Shown: positions 13,516 through 27,706, counted from the first letter of the stretch. The stretch: DNA of 64,000 nt from Octopus sinensis (GCF_006345805.1 NC_043015.1:12028001-12092000); one strand, 5' to 3'. Notes: generated by a model from the letters alone, not told the origin. Program-made: numbers and translations.

Positions 13516-14271
13516 AATACAATAACAGCAACGTTTAAGCATATATTTGGTTCATCACCTCGCTTACACATCGTTGATGTTGATTAAGTAGAGCTATTTC
13601 CAATTTAAGATTTTAGAAATTTTCTTTTGTTTTTTGTTGGTTTATTTTTGCTATTGTAGTTTAAGTTTTGTATTTATTTTTTATGAATTTATTTATCTAT
13701 TTATTTTTTTTAAAAACCTGTTTCAAAAAAAAAAAAACAACAACAACAATAGTAGATTAGAAATAAACAGATGGAAGGCAGGAGAGAAAACAGAGAGAGT
13801 GAAAGATTTCTCGTATGCAACACTGAAGTATATGCGGCAAGAGCAAACATATGTATGCATGGATGTTTGCAAATATGGACTCAGCAAGGCCCAATGATTA
13901 AGAAATTTGCTTGGCAATCACGAGGTCCCGGGTTCAATCTCACCGTATGCCATTTTCTCTTAGGTAAGTATTTTTTACCATTGACTCCGATTGATCAACG
14001 AATTATGGGTGAAACTGGATAAGCAGAAATTGTTTCGAAGTTCACCAAATGGATCAAACTAGAGATTCAAAGATCGAGCAGCATTGCCACACATTTTGTT
14101 ACATAGATTCTACCCGAGCATTGCGTTAAGGATACACGTGTCTGCGGAATACTCATCCACTCTTGTGCTAATTTACTGAGGAAGTGGTTCGCCTGAACGT
14201 ACAAATGGAAACTCATCGCAGAAATCGATAGAGGGACATTTATTTTACTATTATGTATGTATGTCTATAAT

Positions 14272-14705
14272 AATAATCCTTTCTACTAAAGGCACAATGC
14301 CTGAAATTAGGGGGAGGAGCTAGTCAATTACATTGACCCCAATACTCAACTGGTACTTATTTTTATCGACCACGAAAGGATGAAAGGCCAAGTCAACCTC
14401 GGCGAAAATTTGAACTCAGAACACAAAGACAGACGAAATACTTGTAAGCATTTTCCCCGGCGTGTTAACGATTCTTCTTTCATTATTGCTCACAAGGGGC
14501 TAAACATAGAGGAGAGAAACAAGGACAGACAAAAGGATTAAGTCGATTACATCGACCCCGGTGCGTAACTGGTACTTAATTTATTGACCCCGAAAGGATG
14601 AAAGGCAAAGTCGACCTCGGCGGGATTTGAACTCAGAACGTAACGGCAGACGAAATACCGCTAAGCATTCGCCCGGCGTGCTAACGTTTCTGCCAGCTCA
14701 TCGAC
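14272..14705 (-). mobile_element. SINE family A dimer (long-tail unit upstream of short-tail unit)
   Basis: Two cores at ~14370 and ~14590, one head at ~14700, and a junction at GAATCGTTAAC. Confidence 0.85.
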
Positions 14706-14761
14706 TTAATCAGAAGAAGAAGAAGAAGATTGTAACAAAAATGCAGATTAAAAGTAAAAAA

Positions 14762-14886
<125 letters not shown>

Positions 14887-15163
14887 GATTCAAATTTTGA
14901 CTCAAGGCCAGCAATTTTGTGGGAGGAGTAAGTCTATTACATTTACACCAGGGAGTGTGTTTGCCAGTAAAGTTTCGTTCTGGAATGTTTTTGTGTACTA
15001 AATTAACTTACCACGACGTTTACCTCCCTCCAGTTGTAATGAGGTTATGTGCCCCCGACCATTTGAGCTTGACAAATCGCCTATACAGCTAAACGTTTTA
15101 AAGGCTATAACAAACAACTTTCTAAATGTTACCACTCTTTTCGTATTTATGAACTACTGACCG

Positions 15164-15196
<33 letters not shown>

Positions 15197-16099
15197 TATG
15201 TATGTATGTATGTACAACGAAATAGATCCGATCTAATCTGTGGTGGCATTCCGAAATAGAATCTGAGTTGATAATTTAAAACTAATTTGATGGATGTGGA
15301 TACAAGCAGATTTGTCCGTGTCAGCGTGGAGAATAGTATATTCAAATGTATAACAGTACAGACAACGAATTACACCATATATAGTTATATCGGATTGAAG
15401 CAGAACGAGGGAAAGAAAGAAATCTTATAGTCCTGGGACTTTATCAGAAAAACAAATCAAATGAGAGAATAAGAGGAAAAGGAGCTAAAATATAAGAGAA
15501 AAATAAACGGGTTTACTCATGAGCGTTTGTGAAAAGAGTGTGTTTTTGAATTTGCAAGAGGAAAGACTTTCAGTGTAGGAACACAAAGGGAGGTAATGTG
15601 AATTGTAGGTATGTATCGGCTGGTGTATGAATTTATTTTCGGTATGTTTTCAGAAATTCGTGTGGATGTATTTCTATGTGTTTTGTGAATGTAATTGTAT
15701 ATATGTTTATGTAACTGTATATATGCATTCGATGTGTGTATTTATGTGTGCACGCATTTCATGAGTGTGTGTATGTTAATGCGGAATTGCTTGTATATAA
15801 TTGTTGTTGTGTTTCGGTATGCGTGTTTGATTCTGTGTCTCTGTAAACAGGCTTTTGTGCGAATATGTTTATTTAACTGCATGGTATTTGTGCACAGTGT
15901 GTGCATGTGATTCAAAACAGCAACGGTCTGTATGTCATTATTAATGTGACAATGATACATGTGTATGTGTAACTACTGAATTATGGTGGCTTGGTATAGC
16001 TATGTGTTTTTCCTTCAGCACAGGGAATTTATATTTGGAAAACCTGTCAAAGGAAAGCAAAATTAGAATTTAAACATTGGTTATTGAAAAGTTCCCAGA

Positions 16100-16380
16100 A
16101 GGAAAATGAGTTCTCGTTCTCGTCGCAGAAAAGAGCCATAAAAGGTAAGACCGAAAACAGATAGGCTCTGGGTGATATGGTTTGATGAGTGGACAGGTGA
16201 CAGGTGATCTGTTGTCGGGTCAGATGTTATTTAGACTTTTCGGTGAATTTCTTAGCTAATCTTCTGCGCCAGTTTTGTCTAGTGGAAACCCATTCGCATA
16301 AACATTTTAAGCAGTACATAAGATTCTTGGAGTTCCAGATCAAACAATCTGAAATGCGGAGGGAGTGCTTATTAGGATGT
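16100..16380 (-). mobile_element. Decayed PLE GIY-YIG endonuclease fragment
   Basis: Minus-strand DCLIWNSKNLMYCLKCLC...RRLAKKFTEK resembles FxCxSxNLIYCIxC...GRRLxxRFxEH. Confidence 0.55.
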
Positions 16381-16445
16381 GTGTGTGTATGTGTGTGTAT
16401 GTGTGTGTGTGTGTGTTTGTGTGTATGTGTGTGTTTGTGTGTGTG

Positions 16446-16538
<93 letters not shown>
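16446..16538 (+). repeat. (GATA)n microsatellite
   Basis: Read directly from the sequence. Confidence 0.95.
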
Positions 16539-16659
16539 GCACATATGTAAACATCTATGTATATATATATATACGTATATAGATATATATGTACATATAT
16601 ATGTGTGTGTATGTGTGTGTATACACAAATATATTTGTGCGTGTGTGTGCATACACAGA

Positions 16660-17899
16660 GAGTACGAAGGATATTTGAAAACACTTTTTTTCAGCATGTT
16701 ACTTTTTTCAAATCAGTTATAAGAATTTTATTTGTTTCAATTTTCCCATGGCAGATAAAATGCTAACCGAAGAAAGGAAAAGACATATAATCATTGTGGA
16801 TATATGTACAGAATACAGTGATTTAGAAATTACCAACTCTCTAAATGTTGCAAATTACCAACTCTCTAAATGTTGCAAAATCTTTTGTACATGAAATCCA
16901 AATGGAGCCGGAAGTCTCTGCCGAGAATATTTCAACTGTATCAAAAAATGAAAATTCTAAACCTTAAGATACTAATTCATTCAACAACTACAAAACTTTA
17001 TCGATGATGATCCGGGAAAATTTAGAAAGGCCTTCACGAAAATACATCAAGTGTCAAAGTGGACAATTAGAACTGTGATGCATGAAGTCATTCGCTACAA
17101 GTCGTATGTAGTGAGGAATGGATACTTCATGTCAGCAAAGATATAGGGAAATCCGTTCGATCTGTGCCAAGCGATTACTGGACAAGGTCAAAAATCTTCA
17201 CGAATATGGCATGCTTTAGTTCTTCTCGGATGAAAAAAAAACTGTAACCAACACCCAAAAGTTTAGCGGGAGAAATAACATATGGTTACGTACAGATCTT
17301 TCTGACGTCCCTCCGAGTGATGCACACTAAGTTTCCAGTGACTGTGAGTATTTTAAGAGTGGTGGGTAACGAAGGTTAGGTCATGCCTCTTCACATCTTT
17401 TACGATGTCTTAGAATTTATGCTGCCGGGTATGTTGAAATACTGGAGACAGTTGTCAAGCCCTGGATAAAGAAGTAGGCAGAGCAAAGCTATAACTGTTT
17501 CAACAAGACTCATCACCTTCACACAAAGCCCACATGATCCAAGAATGGATGTCAAACAATTTTTACGATTGTAGATTCCAAGCTCGACAGATTTAAATAC
17601 CATGGACTGTTATGTTTGAAGCGTTTTTGCAAGGGAGACAAAACGACATCCTCATAACACCATAGTTACACAGAAAATTGTTGCTGTCCAGGTGATATCC
17701 GAATTCAATAAGAAATTTTTAGTGCAAGTATATCAACAATCCCGGTGCCATGGTAGCAATCATCGAAACTGAAGGCGGATTCATAGAATAATCTTCTAAG
17801 AAAGTCCGCAATTTTTTATTAAAATATATTTGGTATTTATTAGATTAAAGTTGTTTTATTAAATTACTAAATATGTCCTCAAATACCTCTCCACACTAG
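16660..17899 (+). mobile_element. Decayed maT-like (DD37D) Tc1/mariner transposon
   Basis: Peptides FFSDEK, VMHTKFPVTV, YVEILETVVKPWIK and FQQDSSPSHKAHMIQEWMSNNF are present. Degenerate terminal inverted repeats are GAAGGATATTTGAAAACA and TGTCCTCAAATACCTCTC, with TA at the right end. Confidence 0.8.
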
Positions 17900-17971
17900 T
17901 AATATATAAATATATATATATATAATATATATATATATATGAATTATATATATGTGGAGTGTGTATGTGTT

Positions 17972-18002
<31 letters not shown>

Positions 18003-18474
18003 ATAAAACGAGGTATGTTTTATATAAGTATACATAACGGAGTATGTCATACATATGTATGTATGTATGTATGTATGTATATATGCACGTGTGTGTGTGT
18101 GTAGATATAGATGTGTGTGTGTGTTCGTGTGCAGGCGTCCATTTATGTATGAGTTTGACTTTACTACATAAATATACTTCCAGGCCTCTGTATTGCAATA
18201 AAATATTTTTTTTTCCGACCTGTAATTTTTTTCCTTTTAATTTTAATATAAGTACCTGGAAATAATTTTTTGTCAGTTAAATCCACATTATATTAAGTTA
18301 TGTGGCACTGAACCATATTCATTTTACACACGAGAGGAACCTTTTGCTTGAAGATGCATTTACCGATGTACTTTGATAAATGATAACGTGAATGCTACAT
18401 GTGTATGTGTCTGAGAGTGTTGTCTGTGTGCGTGCGTGCGTGCGTGTATTCATAGATATAGCTAAATTGTATGC

Positions 18475-18520
<46 letters not shown>

Positions 18521-18734
18521 ATGTGTATGTGTGTATCAATGCATATAGCTAAATTGCATGTTTGTGTGTGTGTGTATATATATATGTATAGATAGATAGA
18601 TAGATATGTGTATATATATGTATATATATGTGTATATATATATATGTGAGTGTGTGTATGCATGTATGTATGTACATATGTGTATGTATATGTGTGTGTA
18701 TGTGTGTGTGTATGTGTGTGTGTGTAAGTATATG

Positions 18735-19688
18735 TAAGGGCCGAACTTTGGGGGAAGGGCCAGTCGATTATATCGACCCAAGTACGCAACTGGTACTCAA
18801 TTTATCGACCCCGAAAGGATGAAAGGCAAAGTCGACCTCGGTGGAATTTGAACTCAGAATATAGCGACTTGCGAAAATTTCGCCCGGTGGGCTAACGATT
18901 CTTATTTCTTTATTGCCCACAAGGGGCTAAACATACAGGGGACAAACAAGGACAGACAAAGAGATGAAGTCGATTACATCGACCCTAGTGCAAAACTGGT
19001 ACTTAATTTATCGACCCTGAAATGATATAAGGAAAAAGGCGACCTCGGCGGAATTTGAACTCAGAATGTAACTGCAGACGAAATACCTATTTCTTTACTA
19101 CCCAGAAGGGGCTAAACACAGAGGAGACAAACAAGGACAGACAAACGGATTAAGTCGATTATATCGACCCCAGTGCGTAACTGGTACTTAATTTATTGAC
19201 CCCCGAAAGGATGAAAGGCAAAGTCGACCTCGGCGGAATTTGAACTCACAACGTAACGGCAGACGAAATACCCATTTCTTTATTACCCACAAGGGGCTAA
19301 ACATAGAAGGGACAAACAAGGACAGACATAGGTATTAAGTCGATTATATCGACCCCAGTGCGTAACTGGTACTTAATTTATCGACCCCGAAAGGATGAAA
19401 GGCAAAGTCGACCTCGGTGGAATTTGAACACACAACGTAACGGCAGACGAAATACCTATTTCTTTATTACCCACAAGGGGCTAAACACAGAGGGGACAAA
19501 CAAGGACAGACATAGGTATTAAGTCGATTATATCGACCCCAGTGCGTAACTGGTACTTAATTTATCGACCCCGAAAGGATGAAAGGCAAAGTCGACGTCG
19601 GCGGAATTTGAACTCACAACGTAACGCAGACGAAATACCGCTAAGCATTTCGCCCGGCGTGCTAACGCTTCCGCCCGCTCGCTGCCTC
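18735..19688 (-). mobile_element. SINE family A pentamer (one head, four ~184-bp long-tail units, one short-tail unit)
   Basis: Core starts at 18811, ~19017, 19203, 19387 and 19571 give spacings of 206, 186, 184 and 184. There is a single head at ~19685. Confidence 0.95.
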
Positions 19689-20016
19689 CACTATAACAAA
19701 TAATGCCTACACCTAGAGTTCCTGGTACCAAACAAGAAGAGAAAAGCAACTTCTGTAGCATAAGCAAGAAGGCAGCGAGTGGGCAGCATAGGTAGCATGC
19801 AGGGAAAAATACTTAACCCCATTTCGTTCGTCTTTTACGGTTGGGTTCACATTCCGACGAGGTCAACATTACCCTTCTTACATTTGGGATCGATAACATA
19901 ACTGCAAGTTGAGCACAGGGGTTGATGCAATTCACTTGCCCCCTCCCCTTAAAATTACTAGCCTTGTGCTAAATTTGGAGCCAATTTTACTGATTTCTCT
20001 TTTTAACTCTTGAGTA

Positions 20017-20181
20017 GCCAAATTTTTCGTAGTTACTCTACTAGCATCATAAAAAATAGAAAACATTCCACATTTCTTATGAAAGAAAATGTATTTGAAA
20101 GTAATTTTAAATTGAAAACTCAATTTGAAATATCTACATATGTCTGTATATATATGTATGTATATACATTTATATATATAT

Positions 20182-20212
<31 letters not shown>

Positions 20213-20652
20213 ATACATATATATACATATATACATATATATATACAAATATATATATATATATACACATATATATATATACATATATATGTGCGTATAT
20301 ATGTAGATATATATACACATATATATATACATATATATGTACATATATATTCATCATATATATATAAATATCAATATATATATATCATATATATATATAT
20401 ATATCATATATAATATATATATATATATATATAATATATATATATATATATAAGATATTTATCATATATATGCATAAATATCATATTATATATATATAAT
20501 ATATATATAATATAAATTTATTTTCTAATATATTTTTATGAGTTTTCAATTTGCAATTACTTTCAAATACATTTTTTTTTCATATAATTAGAAATGTTTT
20601 CTTATTTTACGATGCTAGTGAAATAACTAAATAACTTCAAAATATTTGACTG
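20017..20652. mobile_element. Foldback/MITE-like element with ~105-115-bp inverted arms around a TA-rich microsatellite
   Basis: 20017-20122 (CTAGCATCATAAAA...ATGTATTTGAAAGTAATT..AAATTGAAAACTCA) is the reverse complement of 20538-20652, with scattered mismatches. Confidence 0.75.
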
Positions 20653-20994
20653 TTCAATAATTAGAAGCAGAAATTTGTAATAATGGCATTTCATGCATTT
20701 ATACATTCCTTTCACTTACTCAAGACACCCGAGTGTAATTTTGTATTTTCCTCGTATTGCTCTGCTTACATCAATAATCCCACGGTTATATGTACCTAAA
20801 ACCAAAGAGTGACAAATACTTGTTGACCTTCTGTTAGTTTTAACCACTGTACAGTCTATAAGTATGACGCAACAGTAAATTACATCAGTGGAACGTCAAC
20901 CAACAATTAGCTTCTATTGTGTGAACGAGGAACTCTAAATGGAAGCTGGGCTAAGCATCCTTCCGTTATTAATAAAGGGTAATATATACATTAG

Positions 20995-21296
20995 TGGAGG
21001 CGCAATGGCCCAATGGTTAGGGCAGCTGACTCGCGGTCGGAAGATCGCAGTTTTGATTCCCATACCGGGCATCGCGTGTGTTTATTGAGCGAAAACACCT
21101 AAAAGCTCCACGAGGCTCCGCAGGGGGGGTGGCGACCCCTGTTGTACTCTTTCGCCACAACTTCCTCTCACTCTCTCTTCCTGTTTCTTGAGTAACGCTG
21201 CGATGGACTGGCGTCCCGTCCAGCTGGGGGGAACACATACTCCCCAGAAACCGGGAAACCGGGGCCATGAGCCTGGTTAGGCTTGAAAAGGGCGAC
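20995..21296 (+). mobile_element. SINE family C (tRNA head, V-domain-like core)
   Basis: Has an A-box-like TGGCCCAATGG, the segment GCTGCGATGGACTGGCGTCCCGTCCAG resembling the V-SINE domain, and the tail AAACCGGGAAACCGGGGCC. Confidence 0.75.
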
Positions 21297-21314
21297 GTTT
21301 ATCGTTTTAATATA

Positions 21315-21695
21315 TGTTAGCACGCCGGGCGAAATACTTAGCAGTATTTCGTCTGCCGTTACGTTCTGAGTTCAAATTCCGCCGAGGTCGACTTTGCCTT
21401 TCATCCTTTTGGGATCGATAAATTAAGTACCAGTTACGCACTGGGGTCGATGTAATCGACTCAATCCGTTTGTCTGTCCTTGTTTGTCCTCTCTGTGTTT
21501 AGCCCCTTGTGGGTAGTAAAGAAATAGGTATTTCTCCTGTCTTTACGTCCTGACTTCAAATTCCGCCGAGGTCGACTTTGTCTTACATCCTATCGAGATC
21601 GATAAATTAAGTACCAGTTGCGAACTGGGGACGATCTAATCGACTGGCCCCCTCCCAAAAAATTTCGAGCCTTGTACCTAGAGTAGAAAAGAATA
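21315..21695 (+). mobile_element. SINE family A dimer (long-tail unit then short-tail unit)
   Basis: Two cores are joined at AAAGAAATAG|GTATTTC at ~21528. Confidence 0.9.
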
Positions 21696-21898
21696 AAGAG
21701 GGATATATTAGACAAGGGACTCTCTGATATACAAAAAAGACTGAATAGTCACACTTGGAACGCTATTGCTTTCAGATTTGCTTGACCACAGATGTACTGA
21801 GCAGGGGTTAAATAAATCCAACGTCGGACAGTTAATATAAATCAAACAATAGTAATCTACTTGCTGATTCTGCCAAACTCGTGAAAATATTTCTTCAA

Positions 21899-21957
<59 letters not shown>

Positions 21958-22719
21958 ATTTTCTATGAGAAGAGGGCCCCTCTCCAGATCTGAAGCCGAC
22001 TGAAAACTGATGACTGGCTGATTATTAAATCAAAGATGAGTTTAAGAACTTTAAAAAATAAAAAAAGAGAAGGGAAAAGTTTATTTGCTTCAATTTAGGA
22101 AGATTGATAAAAACAAAAAAAAACAAAAAAGGAAACGAGAAAATCAGATCCCACGTTATTGAAAACGCATGCTGACAATGTGATTAAAAGGATTAGAACT
22201 GTACAAGATAATTATGCCAGGAGCATTAATTATTAAATTTTCGTTGTGAATAAAAATAAACATCATCTTTTTTTTATTTTTCCCCGATTAGTTTTTAATC
22301 TGAATGCAATGATTCAATTTCCACAGAAATAAAAACTTTTTAAACCAATGAATTATGTTCACGTTTTTTGTTTGCTTTTTTGTTTTTGTCTTTATTATGA
22401 ATGTATGTGAATGTGTGTGTTTGTGTGAATGTGTGGGTATTTTTGTGTGTATGAATGTTTATGTTTATGTGAGAGTATGTTTATACGTGCATTTTTCTTT
22501 GTATGTGTGCGTGCGTGCGTGTGTGTATGTGCGAGTGTGTGTTAAATAAATAATGAACTATCCGCCATTGACTGCCTGTTAATCTATTAGAGTCCGTGTT
22601 TGACAGCTTGTACTTGCGACTTTCACTGTAGCTTCACGAGTCAATCGGAACTGCTAGAGATAGTAGCCAAATTTTCCCCTTCTCCCTCCCACAAAATTAA
22701 TACACACTCTGTCGTCTTA

Positions 22720-22852
22720 GGTGGAGGCACATGGCCTAGTGATTAGAGCAGCGGACTCACGGTCAAGGGATCGTGGGTTCGAATCTCAAACCGGGTGATG
22801 TGTATGTTTATGAGCGAAACACCTAATCTCCACGCAGCTCCGGCAGAAGGTA
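22720..22852 (+). mobile_element. SINE family C 5' half
   Basis: Contains TGGCCTAGTGATTAG (A box), GGTTCGAATCTC (B box) and GAGCGAAACACCTAA, as in the copies at 20995 and 51090. Confidence 0.75.
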
Positions 22853-22925
22853 CGTCTTTTTATCACAAGGTTACTTGATCAAGGCTAACCTGGGGCTAAA
22901 CAACAACGCAGAAGAGGCTTTACCC

Positions 22926-23406
22926 CAGTTGTTCTCAACTGGGGTCCATATTAGATTTGATGGTGGGGGCGTGCTTGAAACGAAATAGTAAATTGGGGGA
23001 TCCACAATAGTATTTTAAGGGTCCCTGAAAAAAATTTGCAGTAGATGTATGTATTGGTTTGTATTGCAGGTCGACTTTGCCTTTCATCCTTTCGGGGTCG
23101 ATTAAATAAGTACCAGTTACGCACTGAGGTCATTATAATCGACTTAATCTGTTCGTCTATCCTTGTTTGTCCCCTCTGTGTGCAGCCCCTTGTGGACAGT
23201 AAAGAAATAAGAAACAGGTAGGTTTCTTTCTCAAGCATTTTACATAATTCAACCTACACAAGTTAATGCGTAGAAAACAAAATAGGAATTTTTTTAAAGA
23301 AGTATCTATAAAACTAGGTTTTAAATGTCGAATGGCTACGTGTGGGACACCAGAATAAAATAATAATCAAAGAGGTTCATACTTAAAAATGGGTTGAAAA
23401 CTACAG
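22926..23406. mobile_element. Possible hAT (Charlie-like) MITE interrupted by a truncated SINE A (23058-23215)
   Basis: Ends are CAGTTGTTCTCAAC and GTTGAAAACTACAG (11/14 inverted match). No 8-bp TSD is recognisable. Confidence 0.45.
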
Positions 23407-23569
23407 CTCTGCGTGGTCAAAAACTGCCAGAACGTAGCTTCTAGGTCTCTCTCAAACCACTTTGTTCTTCATTCTCATTAAAAAAATTGGATAATGTCGT
23501 GATCCAATACGTAGTTGGATAATGTAATTTTTTATATACTATTTCAAAATAAAAGACTGGACAATCACG

Positions 23570-23955
23570 GCTGGACTACCTTTCGTCGCATACCTGTTTG
23601 ATATGTGCTGGCCTGGATCTAAACAACAACCAAGAAAACTGAAAAATGTCTTGACGCAATTTGGAATGACATTATGTATATCTCAAGGGAGAGAACATTT
23701 GGCACAGTAGAAGCCAGGTTTAAGACTCTGTCATCTCTTTAAAAACAAATGAAGTGGTGCTTCTGCCGACCTATACGGGGCGGTGTTAAGGTGACAGAAG
23801 TACCACCGGAAATTGAAGCCGTGGGGGTGATGGCCGCCCTGTTATTTAACAGGGAGGACAAAATTAACATCCTACAAGTGACACGCTCTGCCCATCAAAA
23901 TTGGCTCGGGCAGAGCATCACAGCTATCATCCAAGTGGCTCCGGAAGATCTTGAA
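23570..23955 (+). mobile_element. Possible LINE ORF1 fragment (Tx1-like)
   Basis: Peptides CLDAIWNDIMYISRERTFGTVEARF and VKVTEVPPEIEAVGVMAALL loosely parallel the ORF1 at 2290-3783. Confidence 0.35.
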
Positions 23956-24181
23956 AAATGGCAACAGACGCTACGAAAAACCCTTACATTTAACGGTTTT
24001 TCGTAGCGTCTGTTGCTATTAATAGCCGACGGGAATGTATCGTAGCTCTTCGCTCCGGCATTCGAAACTCCGAGTACTATAATGCCAACCTTTTACTGTT
24101 TGTTCTCATTTATAACATATATAAATAATCCTCTATTTCTCTAATATCGATGTATCATTCTTTTGTTGTTACATTTTTATT

Positions 24182-24256
<75 letters not shown>

Positions 24257-25092
24257 TACAATGGACTTCTGCTCAGTTTCGGCCTACCGATTTTACTCAC
24301 AAGTACCTGGCCAACACGAGACTATAGTTTTAGACATGTGTCTAAGATTCCACAACGTGGGACTGAATCCGAGACCATGTTGTTGCGGATAGAACATCCT
24401 TCCCCTGAAAGCCATGCCTTTATGCCTATATAATCCATCTTCGACATCCCTGCGCTAACCACCCATCCGTACTGAGATACAAAAGTGACTAGCAGCCACC
24501 GTTTCCAATGTCCCTGATTATCACCTTTGTATTTCTCAGCCCCAAGTGTATGGCTGAAGGTATGGAAAGCTATTTCAGACAATGTTTTGACAGATTCTTC
24601 AGCCTTGAAAGTACAGAAGACTACCAAAAACATTTATCGTTCTCCATCTGGAGAATATCTACTAATATTTTCTGTAGAGTTCATTGATCTAGTAAAGGAA
24701 CATTAAAAAGATAGTTGTTTAACATCGGCTCGGCTCAACCCAAATTTGAGGAAAATATGATCAAAAGCAAACCAACTGTGATCACCCAAGCTTTTTTTTC
24801 TTTGCTTTTGTCCCCATATATCCTTTCTTCCTCCTTCTAGATTTAAGACTGGAAACGTATCACTCAGTCACAAGGTTTACTATTTCTAGCAAGTCGAGTG
24901 ACCCCCACAAAAAATGACTCTGCTGTTGTTTAACCCTCGGTCACTTCAAATTGACCGTTCAAAGAGCTTTCAAGTCACAACAATGCTGGTTTTATATTGT
25001 CTGATATGTTCATTATTTTTAAGATGATACAGTGTTTCAAGGAAGATTAGGTTGCTATTTCTAACAGGTATACTGACTCTAGAGGCTCTCCT

Positions 25093-25128
<36 letters not shown>

Positions 25129-25133
25129 TCTCT

Positions 25134-25166
<33 letters not shown>

Positions 25167-25563
25167 TTTTCTCCCTCTATCTCTCTTTCTCTCTCTGTCT
25201 CTCGCTCTCTATCTATCTATTTATCTCTTATTTGTTGGAGTCATTAACGTGCAATTTAGGAATTCACCTCGGAGCTCCCTAGAGCTTCGTCCAAGAAAAG
25301 CTTGTAGAGCTTCCAATTTGAAGCTGGTAATAACGCGCAGAATATCTCTGCTATTTCTTGGACTAAGCGTTCTCTTATGTCTTTGAAAGAATTACTCGAA
25401 GCCAACTTCACACAGAATCGGTGTTGAAAGTGTCGAATTATTGAAAATATGTCGAAAACGAACTAAAGTTACATTGTGTAGGTGTATGTGCAGGTGTGAA
25501 TATATTCACGTTTGCATCAATTTCTTCATATTTTTTCAATGTTTCTCTTTTTCTTTCTCTCTT

Positions 25564-25611
<48 letters not shown>

Positions 25612-25644
25612 TCGATACATAATAAAATAATAAATGCGTCCTTT

Positions 25645-25860
25645 TAAAGCCTAGCCAGTCTCGTGGGCCCGGTTTCCCGGTTTCTATGGCGTATGTGACG
25701 CCAGTCCATCGGAGCGTTATTCATTTTTGCCAGCTGAGTGGACTGGAGCGATGTGAAATGAAGTGTTTTGCTCAAGAACACAACGCGTCGCCCGGTCCAG
25801 GAATCGAAACCACAATCTTACGATCATGATGCTGACACCCTAACCACTAAGCCACGCACA
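25645..25860 (-). mobile_element. SINE with CORE-like domain and family-C tail
   Basis: The minus strand has a tRNA head, TTGAGCAAAACACTTCATTTCACATCGCTCCAGTCCACTCAGCTGGCAAAAATGAATA (CORE-like), then GATGGACTGGCGTC and AAACCGGGAAACCGGGCCC. Confidence 0.75.
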
Positions 25861-25974
25861 TCCACATCTCTGATACATACACCATACATATATACGCGGC
25901 GGGTGGAGGAGGAGGAGGGGGTAAGAGGGGGGAGGAGGAAATGCTGAAGGGGACAGTGGAAGGGAGAAGAAATA

Positions 25975-26195
25975 TTGAGTTCAAATTTTGGCACAAGGCC
26001 AACAATTCCGGGAGAAGGGACAAGTCGATTACATTGTCTCCAGTACACGACTGGTACTTATTTTATCGACCCCGAAAGGATGACAGGTAAAGTCGTCATC
26101 GGCAGGATTTGAACTCAAAACGAAAAGACGGAATGAAATACCGCTAAGCATTTTTTCCCGGCATCCTAACGATTCTGCCAGCTCTGCCGCCTTAG
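25975..26195 (-). mobile_element. SINE family A short-tail monomer
   Basis: Head, B box and core are all present. Confidence 0.85.
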
Positions 26196-26689
26196 GGAGG
26201 AGGAATATTAATCACGGAAACTAATGGGTTTTGATGATAAAGAGTGAAAGGCATAGTAGATGACAGAATGAGTATAAAACCCAAATATTTTGAAGAGGTC
26301 GTTCGATAAAGAAGTGCACATTTGAAGGAGGATGTCAAATAAACATAATCAGAGTTGTCGTTCCTACTTGCTAAATTGGGATTAAATTAACTTTAGTTAC
26401 TGAGCTAATGTTTTCTTCCCTTCATTGTATAATTAATTATTCATTAATTAGATTTTGTTTCCTCACAATATTAAGTATGACGGCTTTGAATTGGTTAAAT
26501 TGAGCAATTTTCTTACACGTGGCAATTGAAAAATGTTGAGAAGAGAAGAAGAGGCAAGGAGTCGAGCGGTGTGATTTCTTTCCGACGTATTTAGTAATTT
26601 AAAAAAAAAGGAAGAAAGAAATAAGGATAAGGGAAGGCGTGTTAGTAGCAGTAGTAGTAGCAGTGGTGAGTGGGTGGGTGATAGTGGTT

Positions 26690-26729
26690 GTAGTGGTGGA
26701 GGCGGTGATGAGGTTGGAATGGTGATGGC

Positions 26730-26769
<40 letters not shown>

Positions 26770-26791
26770 GTGATGGTGATGGTGATGGTGT

Positions 26792-26835
<44 letters not shown>

Positions 26836-26842
26836 GTGATGG

Positions 26843-26877
<35 letters not shown>

Positions 26878-26901
26878 GTGATGGTGATGGTGATGGTGGT
26901 G

Positions 26902-26933
<32 letters not shown>

Positions 26934-26964
26934 GATGGTGATGGTGATGGTGATGGTGATGGTG

Positions 26965-26999
<35 letters not shown>

Positions 27000-27050
27000 G
27001 TGATGGTGATGATGATGATGATGATGATGATGATGGTGATGGTGATGGTG

Positions 27051-27081
<31 letters not shown>

Positions 27082-27096
27082 TGATTGTGATGGTGT

Positions 27097-27128
<32 letters not shown>

Positions 27129-27144
27129 GTGATGGTGATGGTGT

Positions 27145-27182
<38 letters not shown>

Positions 27183-27484
27183 GTGATGGTGATGATGATG
27201 ATGATGATGGTGATGGTGATGATGATGGTGATGGTGATGGTGATGGTGATGGTGATGGTGATGGTGATGATGATGGTGATGGTGATGGTGATGGTGATGA
27301 TGGGTGATGGTGATGATGATGGTGATGGTGATGGTGATGGTGATGGTGGTGGTGATGGTGATGATGATGGTGATGGTGATGGTGATGGTGATGGTGATGA
27401 TGGTGATGATGATGATGATGATGATGATGGTGATGGTGATGATGGTGATGATGATGATGATGAGATGGGTGATGGTGATGATGG

Positions 27485-27519
<35 letters not shown>

Positions 27520-27662
27520 GATGATGATGGTGATGGTGATGATGATGACGATTATGATGATGATGATGATGGTGATGGTGATGGTGGTGATGATGATGAT
27601 GATGATGATGATGGTGATGATGATGGTGATGGTGATGATGATGGTGATGATGATGGTGATGG

Positions 27663-27693
<31 letters not shown>

Positions 27694-27706
27694 ATGATGG
27701 TGATGG

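Noticed and set aside
15420-15470. Hammerhead-like CTGATAA-AGTCC-CAG-GACT on the minus strand (similar weak cases near 10590 and 41015)
   Set aside because: The GAAA/UH half of the core is missing or degenerate.
18735-19688. Regular repeat array resembling CRISPR
   Set aside because: The units are entire ~184-bp SINE bodies with no unique spacers, there are no cas genes, and the context is eukaryotic.
20995-21070. tRNA-like sequences (also at 22720, 31400, 51300)
   Set aside because: They have A/B boxes but continue into SINE bodies and do not form a complete cloverleaf.
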